A DNA stretch of 64,000 nt, taken from assembly GCA_036399335.1 (NCBI GenBank), contig DASWNF010000010.1, positions 4,066-68,065 of the forward strand. The letters are read 5' to 3'. This document shows, piece after piece, positions 19,485 to 29,748 of this stretch. How positions within the stretch are numbered: position 1 is the stretch's first letter; the number at the start of each line of letters is the position of its first letter. Source of the stretch: Minisyncoccota bacterium. GTDB taxonomy: Bacteria; Patescibacteriota; Minisyncoccia; Phycocordibacterales; Phycocordibacteraceae. Position numbers and translations under genes: made by a program. The notes beneath the pieces are model-generated. The model was not told the origin of the DNA, searched no databases, and worked only from the letters and a program-made list of their open reading frames with translations.

Positions 19485-22400
19485 ATGGCAATCACAAACT
19501 CACCTATGGGCGGAAAGAAGTTCGGCGGACAGCGCGGCCCCGGCCGTGGCAACGAGTGGAACGCACTCCGTCTCTCGCTCGCGAGCCCTGAGCGCATCCT
19601 CGAATGGTCCCGCGGCGAAATCACGAAGCCCGAGACCATCAACTACCGTACCCAGCGCTCTGAGAAGCACGGGCTCTTCGACGAGAAGATCTTCGGTCCT
19701 GAGCGCGATTACGAGTGTTACTGCGGCAAGTACAAGGGCATCCGCTACAAGGGCATCGTCTGCGACAAGTGCGGTGTCGAAATCACCCGCAGCATCGTGC
19801 GCCGCGAGCGCATGGGCCACATCGAGCTCGTCACGCCGGTCGCGCACATCTGGTTCCTCCGCTCAATGCCAAGCCGTATGGCGACCGTCCTCGGCGTGCC
19901 GTCAAGCGACCTCGAGAAGGTCATCTACTTCGCCGGCTACATCGTCACGAAGGTGAACGAAGAGACGAAGAAGCGCATCGCTGCCGAGCTTGAGCAGGAG
20001 TACAAGACCAAGCACAAGGAACTGAACGACGACAAGGCGCGCGAAGCGCTCAAGGAGCGCCTCTCGGTCGCGAAGGCCGAGATCGACTCCGTCGTCGTCG
20101 GCCAGGTCTTCGACGAGATCAGCTACCACCGTTTCTCGGTGAAGTACGGCACCTTGTTCGAGGCACGTATCGGCGCCGAGGCCATTTATGACATTTTCCG
20201 CAACCTCGACCTCGCAAAGCTTAAGGCGACGCTCGAAGAGCGCTACCCGAAAGCTGGTGCCGCAGAACGCGAGAAGCTCGCGAAGCGCATCGCCCTCGTC
20301 TCGAACATGCTCGCCGCAAACACGCGCCCCGAGTGGATGTTCCTCACGAAGATCCCGGTCATCCCACCTGCGCTCCGTCCTATGGTCGCCCTCGAAGGTG
20401 GACGCCACGCTACGTCGGACCTGAACGACCTCTACCGCCGCGTCATTAACCGCAACAACCGCCTGAAGAAGCTCCTCGACATCAAGGCGCCTGAGGTTAT
20501 CCTCCGCAACGAGAAGCGCATCCTCCAGGAAGCCGTTGACGCCTTGCTCGACAACTCGATCCGCAAGTCCGGTGCGTCCGGCGGCGCGCTCACGCCTGCG
20601 CAACGCCGCCCGCTGAAATCCCTTGCTGACAACCTGAAGGGTAAGCAGGGTTACTTCCGCCAGAACCTTCTTGGTAAGCGCGTCGACTACTCGGGACGTT
20701 CCGTTATCGTCGTCGGTCCGGACCTCGAGCTCGATGAGTGCGGTATCCCGAAGCACATGGCGCTCGAGCTCTTCCGCCCGTTCGTCATCGCCGGCCTCCT
20801 TGACCGCGAGCTCGCCTTCAACATCCGCGGCGCCGGCCGTCTCATCGAAGACGGCGTGCCCGAGGTGTGGGAGATCCTCGAAGAGGCTATCCGCGGCAAG
20901 TATGTGCTCCTGAACCGCGCACCGACGCTCCACCGCCAGGGTATCCAGGCCTTCCGCCCGACCCTCATCGAGGGCGACGCCATCCAGCTCCACCCGCTCG
21001 TCTGCCCGGCCTTCAACGCCGACTTCGACGGTGACCAGATGGCTATCCACGTGCCGCTTTCCGAAGAGGCGCAGTGGGAGGCGAAGAACGTGATGAGCGC
21101 GAACAAGAACATCCTGAAGCCTGGTTCCGGCCTCCCGGTCATCGCGACCTCGCACGACATCGCGCTCGGCTGCTACTGGCTTACGAAGATCGTCGAGGGC
21201 GCCAAGGGCGAAGGGAAATTCTTCCAGAGCCCGAACGCGGCCATCCTCGCGCATGAGTACGGCGCTATCGACCTGCGCGCGCGCGTATCGATTAAGCCGA
21301 CCGAAGAGAAGAAAGCCAAGTACGCAGGCTTCGAAGACAAGATCTTCGAGACCACCGTCGGCCGCCTCCTCTTCAACACCGTCCTTCCGTCCGACTACCC
21401 GTACGTGAACGACGCCATTACGAAGAAGGTCTTCGGCGCGATCGTGAACGACTGCATCGTGAAGTACGGCCTCGACCGTATCCCGGACATCGTAAACAAG
21501 ATCAAGCGCTTCGGCTTCGAGTACGCTACCAAGTCCGGTATTACCTGGTCGCTCGACGACATCACCGTCCCTGCCGAGAAGGGCAAGGTCGTGGACGAAG
21601 CCCGCGCCCAGGTCGCGAAGCTCGAAGAGAGCTACCAGAACGGTCTCCTTTCCGAAGAGGAAAAGCGCCGCATGGTCATCGAGATCTGGCACGGCACCAA
21701 GAACAAGGTGGAGGAGCTCGTCGAGCAGAGCATGGATCCGCTCGGCTCCGTAAGCGACATCATCAAGTCCGGTGCCCGCGGTTCCATCGGTAACCTCACG
21801 CAGATGGTCGGTATGAAGGGCCTTATCCAGAACACCGCCGGCGAGACTATCGAAGTGCCGATCGTGTCCTCGATGGTCGAGGGCATGAACCCGGTCGAGT
21901 ACTTCATGTCCACCCACGGTGCGCGTAAGGGCCTCACTGACACCGCGCTCGGCACCGCCCGCGCCGGGTACCTCACGCGCCGTCTCTTCGACGTCGCCCA
22001 GGACTCGATCATCACCGAACGGGATTGCGGCACGAAGCGTGGCATCACGATCAACCGCATCTCCGCATCGGGCATCAACATCGACTTCGCCGAAGCTATC
22101 CGCGGACGCACGCTCTCAGCCGAGGTCGTCGCTGCCGGCGCTACCTTCAAGAAGAACCAGTACCTCTCGCCTGATGACGCCCGCACGATAAACGGCGACG
22201 AGACGGTTACGAACGTCTCCGTACGCTCACCAATGTCCTGCGAGACCCGCTACGGCATCTGCGCCTCCTGCTACGGCATGGACCTCACGACCCAGGAAAT
22301 TGTCGACCTCGGCGAGGCCGTGGGTACGGTCGCCGCACAGGCCATCGGCGAACCGGGCACCCAGCTCACGATGCGTACCTTCCATGCCGGCGGTACTGCC

Positions 22401-23249
22401 TCCGTGGGCGGCGACATCACGAGCGGTCTTCCGCGCGTCGAAGAAGTCTTCGAGAAGCGCTCGCCTAAGAACCCGGCGACCATCTCGAAGTTCGACGGCA
22501 TCATCTCGGAGATCCGCGAGGAAGGCCGTGACCGCGTCATCAAGGTGACCCCGGTCGTCGGCCAGGGCAAGAAGGACGGTTCGGCAACGGAGTTCACCGC
22601 CCACTACCCGCGCCAGGTGTTTGTTAAGGAAGGCGATACGGTCGTACGCGGACAGTTCCTGACGGACGGTTCCGCCGACCTCGACGACCTCTTCGAGTAC
22701 GCCGGCCGCGCTGCCGTGCAGGAGTACATCATTGCCGAGACTTCAAAGATCTACGAGCTCCAGGGCGCATCCGTGTCCCGCAAGCACCTCGAGGTCATCG
22801 TGAAGCAGATGTTCTCCTTCGTTAAGATTAACGACACGGGAGACTCCGAATTCTCCGTTGGCGACGTCGTCGAACTCCTCGAGTTCGGTACGATCGTGCG
22901 GTCGATGGAATCGGAAGGGAAGGTGCCGCCAAAGGCGCGCGAGATGGTACTCGGTATCAAGACCTCCGCGCTCTCGCGCCGCTCGTTCCTCTCTGCCGCG
23001 TCCTTCGAGCAGACCACGAAGATCCTTATCGATGCGGCCCTCAAGGGTTCCGTCGATACGCTTCGCGGCCTCAAGGAGAACGTCATCCTCGGACGCCTCA
23101 TTCCTGCAGGTACGGGCTTTGCCGAGAGCAAGAAGGGCATCGCCATTGCCGGCATCCAGGCCGCACGCCGCGTACGCGAGCAGGCTGCCATGGAGCGCCT
23201 TGCCGAAGAGGCAGAGCGCCCAGGCGCCGTCGTCGATACGACTGCGTAG
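19485..23249 (+). CDS. rpoC: DNA-directed RNA polymerase beta' subunit
   Basis: Zn-binding CGKYKGIRYKGIVCDKCGVE, catalytic NADFDGDQMAVH motif, trigger loop; 1254 aa. Confidence 0.95.
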   Translation: MAITNSPMGGKKFGGQRGPGRGNEWNALRLSLASPERILEWSRGEITKPETINYRTQRSEKHGLFDEKIFGPERDYECYCGKYKGIRYKGIVCDKCGVEITRSIVRRERMGHIELVTPVAHIWFLRSMPSRMATVLGVPSSDLEKVIYFAGYIVTKVNEETKKRIAAELEQEYKTKHKELNDDKAREALKERLSVAKAEIDSVVVGQVFDEISYHRFSVKYGTLFEARIGAEAIYDIFRNLDLAKLKATLEERYPKAGAAEREKLAKRIALVSNMLAANTRPEWMFLTKIPVIPPALRPMVALEGGRHATSDLNDLYRRVINRNNRLKKLLDIKAPEVILRNEKRILQEAVDALLDNSIRKSGASGGALTPAQRRPLKSLADNLKGKQGYFRQNLLGKRVDYSGRSVIVVGPDLELDECGIPKHMALELFRPFVIAGLLDRELAFNIRGAGRLIEDGVPEVWEILEEAIRGKYVLLNRAPTLHRQGIQAFRPTLIEGDAIQLHPLVCPAFNADFDGDQMAIHVPLSEEAQWEAKNVMSANKNILKPGSGLPVIATSHDIALGCYWLTKIVEGAKGEGKFFQSPNAAILAHEYGAIDLRARVSIKPTEEKKAKYAGFEDKIFETTVGRLLFNTVLPSDYPYVNDAITKKVFGAIVNDCIVKYGLDRIPDIVNKIKRFGFEYATKSGITWSLDDITVPAEKGKVVDEARAQVAKLEESYQNGLLSEEEKRRMVIEIWHGTKNKVEELVEQSMDPLGSVSDIIKSGARGSIGNLTQMVGMKGLIQNTAGETIEVPIVSSMVEGMNPVEYFMSTHGARKGLTDTALGTARAGYLTRRLFDVAQDSIITERDCGTKRGITINRISASGINIDFAEAIRGRTLSAEVVAAGATFKKNQYLSPDDARTINGDETVTNVSVRSPMSCETRYGICASCYGMDLTTQEIVDLGEAVGTVAAQAIGEPGTQLTMRTFHAGGTASVGGDITSGLPRVEEVFEKRSPKNPATISKFDGIISEIREEGRDRVIKVTPVVGQGKKDGSATEFTAHYPRQVFVKEGDTVVRGQFLTDGSADLDDLFEYAGRAAVQEYIIAETSKIYELQGASVSRKHLEVIVKQMFSFVKINDTGDSEFSVGDVVELLEFGTIVRSMESEGKVPPKAREMVLGIKTSALSRRSFLSAASFEQTTKILIDAALKGSVDTLRGLKENVILGRLIPAGTGFAESKKGIAIAGIQAARRVREQAAMERLAEEAERPGAVVDTTA

Positions 23250-23271
23250 CCGCAACAGCCTGTGCGTAACG

Positions 23272-23302
23272 AACAAAGCCCGCATCCGCGGGCTTTGTTC
23301 GT
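23272..23302 (+). terminator. Rho-independent terminator after rpoC
   Basis: ACAAAGCCCGC-atcc-GCGGGCTTTGTTCGT. Confidence 0.7.
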
Positions 23303-23380
23303 ATAGGGGAATGTCATTTGACATAGAGGGAATATGCCTGTATAGTATATACAGTTTCACCCAGCCGAAGGAATACCGAC

Positions 23381-23683
23381 ATGCTGAACATGCTCCTTGT
23401 CTTTCTCGCCTGGCCGCTGATGGGTCTCGTGACCTTCGTGCTCATGAACCACGCTCGCCGGCAGCTCCATTATTACCCGGACTACCAGGCGATGGTCCGG
23501 CGGAAGATGGAGATATACGGCACCATCGTCGCCATCTTCTTCATCTTCGGTTTCCACGCTGGCGACCTCAGCCCTGTCGTCGTCATCATGGGCACCATCG
23601 TTCTCGCCGTCGTCTCCGTCGTGATGGGCCTCGTGTCCTGGATCGATGTGGACCGTGCAACGGTCATGCCGCCGCCCCGGTAA
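23381..23683 (+). CDS. Small membrane protein (hypothetical, 100 aa)
   Basis: AAGGAA SD; 3 TM helices; terminator hairpin at 23712-23745 (CCCCCCGG-aaagagattt-CCGGGGGTTTTGT). Confidence 0.5.
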   Translation: MLNMLLVFLAWPLMGLVTFVLMNHARRQLHYYPDYQAMVRRKMEIYGTIVAIFFIFGFHAGDLSPVVVIMGTIVLAVVSVVMGLVSWIDVDRATVMPPPR

Positions 23684-23853
23684 ACGGCACAAAGCACAAA
23701 GAATGAGGTTGACCCCCCGGAAAGAGATTTCCGGGGGTTTTGTATATACCTTTACGAGGTTGAGTATAGAGGGGAGTATAAAAAAGAACCGCTCCCGGGA
23801 AGGGGAACCGGAAGCGGTCCTCCCTCCTTGCGGAAGCGGTTGAGCGATGGTGC

Positions 23854-24156
23854 TCAGAAGTCGAAGCCGAGCTGCTGCTCATGCTGCGGTGGCGGTGGCG
23901 GCAAAAAGATGGCAATGGCCGCCGAGATCGCGCATAAGCTCGACACGCACAGGATAAGCCCGGCCTCCGGCATCTCGATGCCGATGTGCATGAAGAAACC
24001 GATGTAGTTCATCGACAGCGCCGCCAGCGTCCCTGCGCGGAGCAATCCGCTCATTTCCGCAGGCGTAACCACCATGCAGAGTGCGGCGTAGGTGAGCGTG
24101 AGCCAGGCAGCGATGGCCACGAGGCACGTAAGGGCAGCCAACAGTTTGCGTACCAT
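23854..24156 (-). CDS. Small membrane protein (hypothetical, 100 aa)
   Basis: GGGAGG SD upstream of the ATG at 24154-24156 (minus strand); 3 TM helices; convergent with the previous gene. Confidence 0.45.
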   Translation of the reverse strand: MVRKLLAALTCLVAIAAWLTLTYAALCMVVTPAEMSGLLRAGTLAALSMNYIGFFMHIGIEMPEAGLILCVSSLCAISAAIAIFLPPPPPQHEQQLGFDF

Positions 24157-24250
24157 GACAAAGAACCTCCCTGAAGTTAACAGGGGTAAGATACCATACG
24201 CACTGATATGTGTCAAGTATAGGCAGCGCACGCGGAGCATTGGCTGTAGA

Positions 24251-25981
24251 ATGGAGGAAATGACCGGCGGCGACACCGTAGAGAAAATCAAGGACAAGCT
24301 CTCCATCCTCGAGGTGGTGCAGCCGTACGTGAAGCTCACCAAGGCCGGCCGCTACTGGCGCGGGCTCACCCCGTTCGGCAAGGAGAAGTCACCGTCCTTC
24401 TTCGTGAACCCTGAACGCGGCACCTATTACTGCTTCTCCACGTCCCAGGGAGGCGACCACTTCACCTTCATCGAGAAGATGGAGGGTGTCGACTTCAAGG
24501 GAGCCATGAAGATCCTCGCCGACAAGGCGGGAGTCGAGATCGAGTTTTCTGCGGGCGCCAAGAAGGACTCGGGGAAGCTCGACCGGCTTCGCGAGGCCGC
24601 GCGCGAGGCGGAGAACTTCTTCGCCAAGGGCCTCAGTGAAAGCTCCGCCGCCTATACCTATGCGACGTCCCGCGGACTCACTCCCGAGACCATCCGCGCC
24701 TGGAATTTAGGGCTTGCGCCCGAGGGCTGGCGCGGGCTCCTCGAAGCGCTCGGGACGCTCGGGTATGCGCCGAAGGAGCTCGCAACTGCGGGTCTCGTAA
24801 AGGAGGCCGATGAGAAGCCGGGCACATGGTATGACCGCTTCCGGAACCGCCTCATGTTCCCGATACGCGATATCGCCGGGCGGACCGTCGCCTTCACCGG
24901 CCGCGCGCTCGACCCCAAGGACCAGGCAAAATATTTGAACAGTCCCGAGACCGAGCTCTTTAAGAAGTCGGACCTGCTTTTCGGCATGGACCGCGCAAAG
25001 GACGCCATCCGCTCGCGCGGCTTCGCCATCCTCGTCGAGGGGCAGTTCGACCTCCTCCTCCTGCACCAGGCAGGTTTCCAGAATACCGTCGCGCTTTCCG
25101 GTACGGCGCTTTCGGATTCCCATCTCTCGCTTATTAAGCGATACGCGGACAACCTCATGCTTTGCCTCGACGCCGACAGGGCAGGGCTTGCCTCAAGCGC
25201 GCGCTCTGCGCGCGCGGCCCTCGCCGCAGGCATGCGTGTAAAGGCCGTGCGCATCCCGGTCGGGAAGGACCCGGCAGATATCGTGAGCGAGCCTGCCGGC
25301 GCGCAGGTGTTCGCGAAGCTCGTGAAGGAAGCGCAGTCCGTAGTCGAGTTCTTCCTCGCCGTACTCGCCGCCTCCGAGCCCGACGAGCTCAAGCTCCTCC
25401 GCCAGGTAGAGGAAGTCGTGCTCCCGCTCGTCACGGCCACGAAGAGCCCGCTTGAGCAGCAGCGTCTGGTCACCATCGTCGCGCGCGCGCTTTCGACCAC
25501 GCCCGAAGCCGTGCGCTCCGCCCTCCCGAAGGGCGATAATGAGCCGCAAGGACGCCCGCAGCAGCTCCCGCAGCGGGGCACATCCGCGCTCGAGCACACC
25601 TCGAGGGCAACCTCGAGCGTGAAAGGGAAGCGCGACCTGATACTCGCAGCAATAGCCAGCTACCCCGACTCTCCTCTTGCGGAACGCTTGACAGGCGAGT
25701 ATACTCGTATTATCGGCGCTCCACCGCCCCAAGGCGAACATTTGGCCGGGGAGGTAGATGAGCGCTTGCTTTTTGAGGCGGGACTCGCTTTCGGCGAGAC
25801 GCCTGACGTATCATTGGGAGATGACCTGGTCCGCATGTTCGAGCGCAGCGTGCTTACCGAGGGGCTCCATGCCGCAACCGTAGAGCTGCGGCGGGCGGAA
25901 GTCGTAGGGGATGAGGAAGCCATAGCTGAAGCTGCGGCTGCCTGCAAAGAACTTTCGACCCGGCTTGCGGCGCTCCACTAG
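24251..25981 (+). CDS. dnaG: DNA primase
   Basis: TOPRIM domain (EGQFDLLLLHQAGF...LCLDADRAG) and N-terminal zinc-finger-like region with degenerate Cys ligands (SPSFFVNPERGTYYCFSTSQGGDHFTF); immediately upstream of rpoD (MMS operon arrangement). Confidence 0.85.
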   Translation: MEEMTGGDTVEKIKDKLSILEVVQPYVKLTKAGRYWRGLTPFGKEKSPSFFVNPERGTYYCFSTSQGGDHFTFIEKMEGVDFKGAMKILADKAGVEIEFSAGAKKDSGKLDRLREAAREAENFFAKGLSESSAAYTYATSRGLTPETIRAWNLGLAPEGWRGLLEALGTLGYAPKELATAGLVKEADEKPGTWYDRFRNRLMFPIRDIAGRTVAFTGRALDPKDQAKYLNSPETELFKKSDLLFGMDRAKDAIRSRGFAILVEGQFDLLLLHQAGFQNTVALSGTALSDSHLSLIKRYADNLMLCLDADRAGLASSARSARAALAAGMRVKAVRIPVGKDPADIVSEPAGAQVFAKLVKEAQSVVEFFLAVLAASEPDELKLLRQVEEVVLPLVTATKSPLEQQRLVTIVARALSTTPEAVRSALPKGDNEPQGRPQQLPQRGTSALEHTSRATSSVKGKRDLILAAIASYPDSPLAERLTGEYTRIIGAPPPQGEHLAGEVDERLLFEAGLAFGETPDVSLGDDLVRMFERSVLTEGLHAATVELRRAEVVGDEEAIAEAAAACKELSTRLAALH

Positions 25982-26030
25982 TTTTAATTCAGAATTCATT
26001 ACCAACCTGTTTAGGTAACTTGCTATATAT

Positions 26031-27311
26031 ATGGCCACAAAGAAGCCTGTGAAAAAAGCTGCCCCCCAGAAGGCTGCCAAAAAGGCGCCGGTGAAAAAAG
26101 CCGCACCGAAGAAAGCCGTAAAGAAGGTGGCGAAGGCCGCACCGAAGAAAGCCGTAAAGAAGGTCGCTAAAGCTGCGCCCTCGAAGTCGGCGCGCACCAT
26201 GAACGTCGTACGTACGGCTGCAATGGGCGTCCGTGCGAAGAATGCCGCAGACCAGGCAGACAAGGCCGAGCGCCTCATCCAGAAAGGGAAGGAGCGCGGG
26301 TACATCACGTACAGCGAGATCCTCCGCGAGTTCCCGCATGTCGAAGACGACATCAACTTCCTCGATGACCTCTACGGGCGCTTCACGACGGCCGGCATCG
26401 ACATCCTCGAAGGCGGCATGCTCGAGGACCAGGCCGACCAGTACCTCGCGACCCGCAACATCAAGGGCCGTGAATCGTCAGGCTACGATTCCATCCAGAT
26501 CTACCTCCGCGAGATCGGCCAGTACCCGCTTTTGACCGCAAACGAGGAGAAGGAACTCGCCAAGCGCATCGAGTCAGGCGATGAGGAAGCCCGTAACATC
26601 CTCGCGCGCTCGAACCTCCGCCTCGTCGTATCCATCGCCAAGAAGTACGTAGGCCGCTCGCCGGACCTCACCCTCCTCGACCTCATCCAGGAAGGTAACC
26701 TCGGCCTCTTCAAAGCCGTCGATAAGTTCGACTGGAAGAAGGGTTATAAGTTCTCGACGTATGCGACGTGGTGGATCCGCCAGGCTATCACCCGCGCGCT
26801 TGCCGACCAGTCACGCACCATCCGCATCCCCGTGCACATGGTCGAGACCATCGCCAAGTACAAGCAGGTCTCGCGCCGCCTCGCGCAGGCGCTCGGCCGC
26901 GACCCGCAGCCCGAGGAGATTGCCGTCGAGATGAATGTCGAAGTCGAGAAGATCTACCAGATCGAGAAGATCAACCAGGACACCCTCTCGCTCGAGAACC
27001 CTATCGGTTCGGACGACGACGAGCGCTCGACCCTGGGCGATTTCATCGCCGACGACAAGATCCCAAGCCCCGTCCAGGAATCATCCGAACGCATCCTCAC
27101 CGAGCAGGTCCGCGACATCCTCGACGACCTCTCACCGAAGGAGCGCAAGATCCTCGAGATGCGCCACGGTCTCCTCGATGGCGTGTACCACACGCTCGAA
27201 GAGGTAGGGAAGGAGTTCGGCGTCACCCGCGAGCGTATCCGCCAGATCGAGGCAAAGGCCCTCGAGAAGATCCGGACGCACGAGAAGTCCCGTCGGCTGA
27301 AGAGCTACTAG
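26031..27311 (+). CDS. rpoD: RNA polymerase sigma-70 factor RpoD with a Lys/Ala-rich repetitive N-terminus
   Basis: Regions 1.2, 2, 3 and 4 are recognisable ([59 protein letters not shown]). The N-terminal 50 aa contains [17 protein letters not shown] repeats, encoded by a 36-nt tandem DNA repeat at about 26100-26164. Confidence 0.9.
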   Translation: MATKKPVKKAAPQKAAKKAPVKKAAPKKAVKKVAKAAPKKAVKKVAKAAPSKSARTMNVVRTAAMGVRAKNAADQADKAERLIQKGKERGYITYSEILREFPHVEDDINFLDDLYGRFTTAGIDILEGGMLEDQADQYLATRNIKGRESSGYDSIQIYLREIGQYPLLTANEEKELAKRIESGDEEARNILARSNLRLVVSIAKKYVGRSPDLTLLDLIQEGNLGLFKAVDKFDWKKGYKFSTYATWWIRQAITRALADQSRTIRIPVHMVETIAKYKQVSRRLAQALGRDPQPEEIAVEMNVEVEKIYQIEKINQDTLSLENPIGSDDDERSTLGDFIADDKIPSPVQESSERILTEQVRDILDDLSPKERKILEMRHGLLDGVYHTLEEVGKEFGVTRERIRQIEAKALEKIRTHEKSRRLKSY

Positions 27312-27340
27312 CAAAAAGGCCCCTAAGGGGCCTTTTTGCT
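27310..27340. terminator. Bidirectional rho-independent terminator after rpoD
   Basis: AAAAAGGCCCC-taa-GGGGCCTTTTTGCTTTT. Confidence 0.75.
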
Positions 27341-27442
27341 TTTAATCATAATAAAGACGCACTAAGTGTAGAAAGTATGTATGACTCGTTAATGCGCCAA
27401 AAGTATACTTGGCTGCAAGATTACCTATAGCTTGATATAGTT

Positions 27443-28276
27443 ATGCAAATGGCAACACCTGCAGAGGCGCGCAAAATTTTGCAGAAAGTAGCATATAAGC
27501 CTTATTTCCAGCAGGACCACTTTGTGCTCTATAACGGGGACTCTATTGATCTGTTAAATCAGCTACCTGAAGAGTCTATAGATATGATATTTGCGGATCC
27601 ACCCTATAATCTTTCTAATGGCGGGTTTAGCGTACAGGCTGGCAGGCGTGTCAGCGTAAATAAGGGCGACTGGGATAAGAGTAAGGGCTTACAGGATGAT
27701 TACGAGTTTCATTATCGTTGGATGGAAGCTGCGCGCAGAGTATTAAAACCCCATGGCACGTTATGGGTAAGCGGCACGTACCATTCTATTTATCAGTGCG
27801 GCTACGCATTACAGTCGCTCGACTTCCATATTCTTAACGACATCTCGTGGTTTAAGCCGAATGCTTCACCTAACTTAAGCGGTAGATACTTTACAGCGAG
27901 TCATGAGACTCTTATCTGGGCCCGTAAAGAGAAAAAGGCGAAGCACATATTCAACTACAAGCTTATGAAGGAGGGTCATTGGCCCGAAGACGCGCTAAAA
28001 AAACCAGGTCTACAGATGCGCTCCGTATGGTCGATGGGCACCCCTAAACCTTCCGAGAAAAAGCACGGAAAGCATCCAACACAGAAACCTTTAGATCTGT
28101 TGCAAAGAGTAGTTCTTGCAAGCACTAACAAAGGAGATATTGTGCTCGACCCATTTACCGGGAGCTCAACGACGGGACTTGCTGCCGCCTTACACGAGAG
28201 GAAGTTCATTGGTATTGATTTGGAGAAGGACTACTTAGAGCTTTCAAAAAAACGGTATCTCGATATCGCCCAATAA
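27443..28276 (+). CDS. Beta-class DNA methyltransferase (N6-adenine or N4-cytosine; N6_N4_Mtase family)
   Basis: Motif IV FADPPYNL near the N-terminus and motif I VLDPFTGSSTTGLAA near the C-terminus (the beta-class order IV...I). Confidence 0.85.
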   Translation: MQMATPAEARKILQKVAYKPYFQQDHFVLYNGDSIDLLNQLPEESIDMIFADPPYNLSNGGFSVQAGRRVSVNKGDWDKSKGLQDDYEFHYRWMEAARRVLKPHGTLWVSGTYHSIYQCGYALQSLDFHILNDISWFKPNASPNLSGRYFTASHETLIWARKEKKAKHIFNYKLMKEGHWPEDALKKPGLQMRSVWSMGTPKPSEKKHGKHPTQKPLDLLQRVVLASTNKGDIVLDPFTGSSTTGLAAALHERKFIGIDLEKDYLELSKKRYLDIAQ

Positions 28277-28278
28277 CC

Positions 28279-29160
28279 ATGAATCTAGAAAGCAGAGATC
28301 GTTATGCGTCGTCCGAGGACTTCCGGGATGACTTCATTGGGACCCTAACTCCAGGAATAATTCCTCGCGCCAACTTCATTCAATGGAAGACCATAGAAGA
28401 AAAGCGGAAAAAGTATGAACGGTACTTCGAGTTCTTTCGTGAACTACCACACTCTTCTGATACCGAACTAAGGAATCATTTAAGAGATTCTTTATTTGCG
28501 GATGACGATCCATTACCTCTAGTAACAGCTGCATTTCAGCTGCTCGGCCACACGGGAAAGACCTATGCCTCTGTAGAGGACTTCGTCGACTTTAAGAAGC
28601 TTGGGAAGGATGAAAAGACTGTGGAATCGATGGAATACGTTGCGAACCTGCTACTGGCCTTAGGAATTAAAAATGTCTTGGAGTGTAATTTAGATGACTA
28701 CTTTCTTGGCGTGCAGATCGGGCTTGAATCTCATCGGAGGAAGAATGTTGGGGGCACAGCCTTTGTAGCATCCGTACGTACTGAGTTGGAGAAGATAATT
28801 AAGAGTTTGAACTTCAAGGGCCAACCGTGGGAACTCAGCGAAGAAAAGAAAATTATATACATCGACGGAGTTACGTCTAAGAAGGTAGACTTTCTTCTGC
28901 AGAAGGATGGTAAAAAAATTGGTGTTGAGGTTAATTTCTATACGGCTCCTGGTTCCAAACCAACAGAAATTAAGAGAAGCTATGGTCAAGTTAATAGAGA
29001 CCTAGATGCCGTTGGCGCTTCCTTAATCTGGATAACCGATGGGGCAGGCTATTTAAGCATGAAGAATAGTCTAAAAGAAGCGCGTGATATTCACCAAAAT
29101 ATATATAACTTCCAAATGCTAAAGACATATTTAGAGCCCGATCTGGAACTACTGCCCTAG
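28279..29160 (+). CDS. Putative Type II restriction endonuclease (cognate partner of the upstream methyltransferase)
   Basis: Starts 2 nt after the MTase stop; 293 aa, low GC; possible PD-(D/E)xK-like segment IYIDGVTSKKVDFLL...IGVEVNF; no family assigned. Confidence 0.4.
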   Translation: MNLESRDRYASSEDFRDDFIGTLTPGIIPRANFIQWKTIEEKRKKYERYFEFFRELPHSSDTELRNHLRDSLFADDDPLPLVTAAFQLLGHTGKTYASVEDFVDFKKLGKDEKTVESMEYVANLLLALGIKNVLECNLDDYFLGVQIGLESHRRKNVGGTAFVASVRTELEKIIKSLNFKGQPWELSEEKKIIYIDGVTSKKVDFLLQKDGKKIGVEVNFYTAPGSKPTEIKRSYGQVNRDLDAVGASLIWITDGAGYLSMKNSLKEARDIHQNIYNFQMLKTYLEPDLELLP

Positions 29161-29241
29161 ATGAAATAAAGCTGCAGAAAATTGTGGGTGTGGGGAAGAG
29201 AAAAGGTTAGGAAAAGATGTGGTGCGGGATAGGGTAAGGGC

Positions 29242-29748
29242 ATGAATACGCTCATAATCCTTGCTGCTGTCCTCGTCGTTCTTTTCGTTATCGGCTTTGT
29301 TTTCAAGCTTCTTTCTGAGACGGAAGTTACGGGGATTACCGCTAAACCGAAATACAACTATACGAAGCGCCGGTATCTCATGACACGCGCTGAACACGAC
29401 TGCTATAAGCTCCTTGCCCGGGGGCTTGGCGACCAATACTTCGTATTTGCCCAGGTACATCTTCCGGAGATAGTGAGCGAGAAAGTCCCGGGGCAGAAAT
29501 GGCGGCCGGCACGGGCGCACATAGACCGGAAGTCGGTGGACTTCGTCATTTGCGATAAGGAAGGGATCTCGCCCTTGCTCGCTATTGAGCTCGATGACTG
29601 GAGCCATAACCGGGAGGACCGCCAGGAGCGGGATAGGGAGGTCGAGCGCATTCTCGCCCAGGCCGGGCTGCCGCTTTTGCGGATTACTGATATGGAAGAC
29701 CTTGTTAATCGTGTACAGGCTAAACTAGGCGCAAGCGAACATGCATAA
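29242..29748 (+). CDS. DUF2726-family protein (restriction-endonuclease-like fold) with an N-terminal TM anchor
   Basis: N-terminal TM helix; LMTRAEHDCYKLL...YFVFAQVHL...HIDRKSVDFVICDKEGISPLLAIELDDWSHN...RQERDREVERILAQAGLPLLRI matches the remembered DUF2726 consensus; GGGTAAGGG SD. Confidence 0.6.
   Translation: MNTLIILAAVLVVLFVIGFVFKLLSETEVTGITAKPKYNYTKRRYLMTRAEHDCYKLLARGLGDQYFVFAQVHLPEIVSEKVPGQKWRPARAHIDRKSVDFVICDKEGISPLLAIELDDWSHNREDRQERDREVERILAQAGLPLLRITDMEDLVNRVQAKLGASEHA

Noticed and set aside
29149-29607. 152-aa minus-strand ORF overlapping the DUF2726 gene
   Set aside because: The plus-strand frame has a good SD, a TM helix and a recognisable DUF2726 motif set. The minus-strand frame has no features and is probably spurious.
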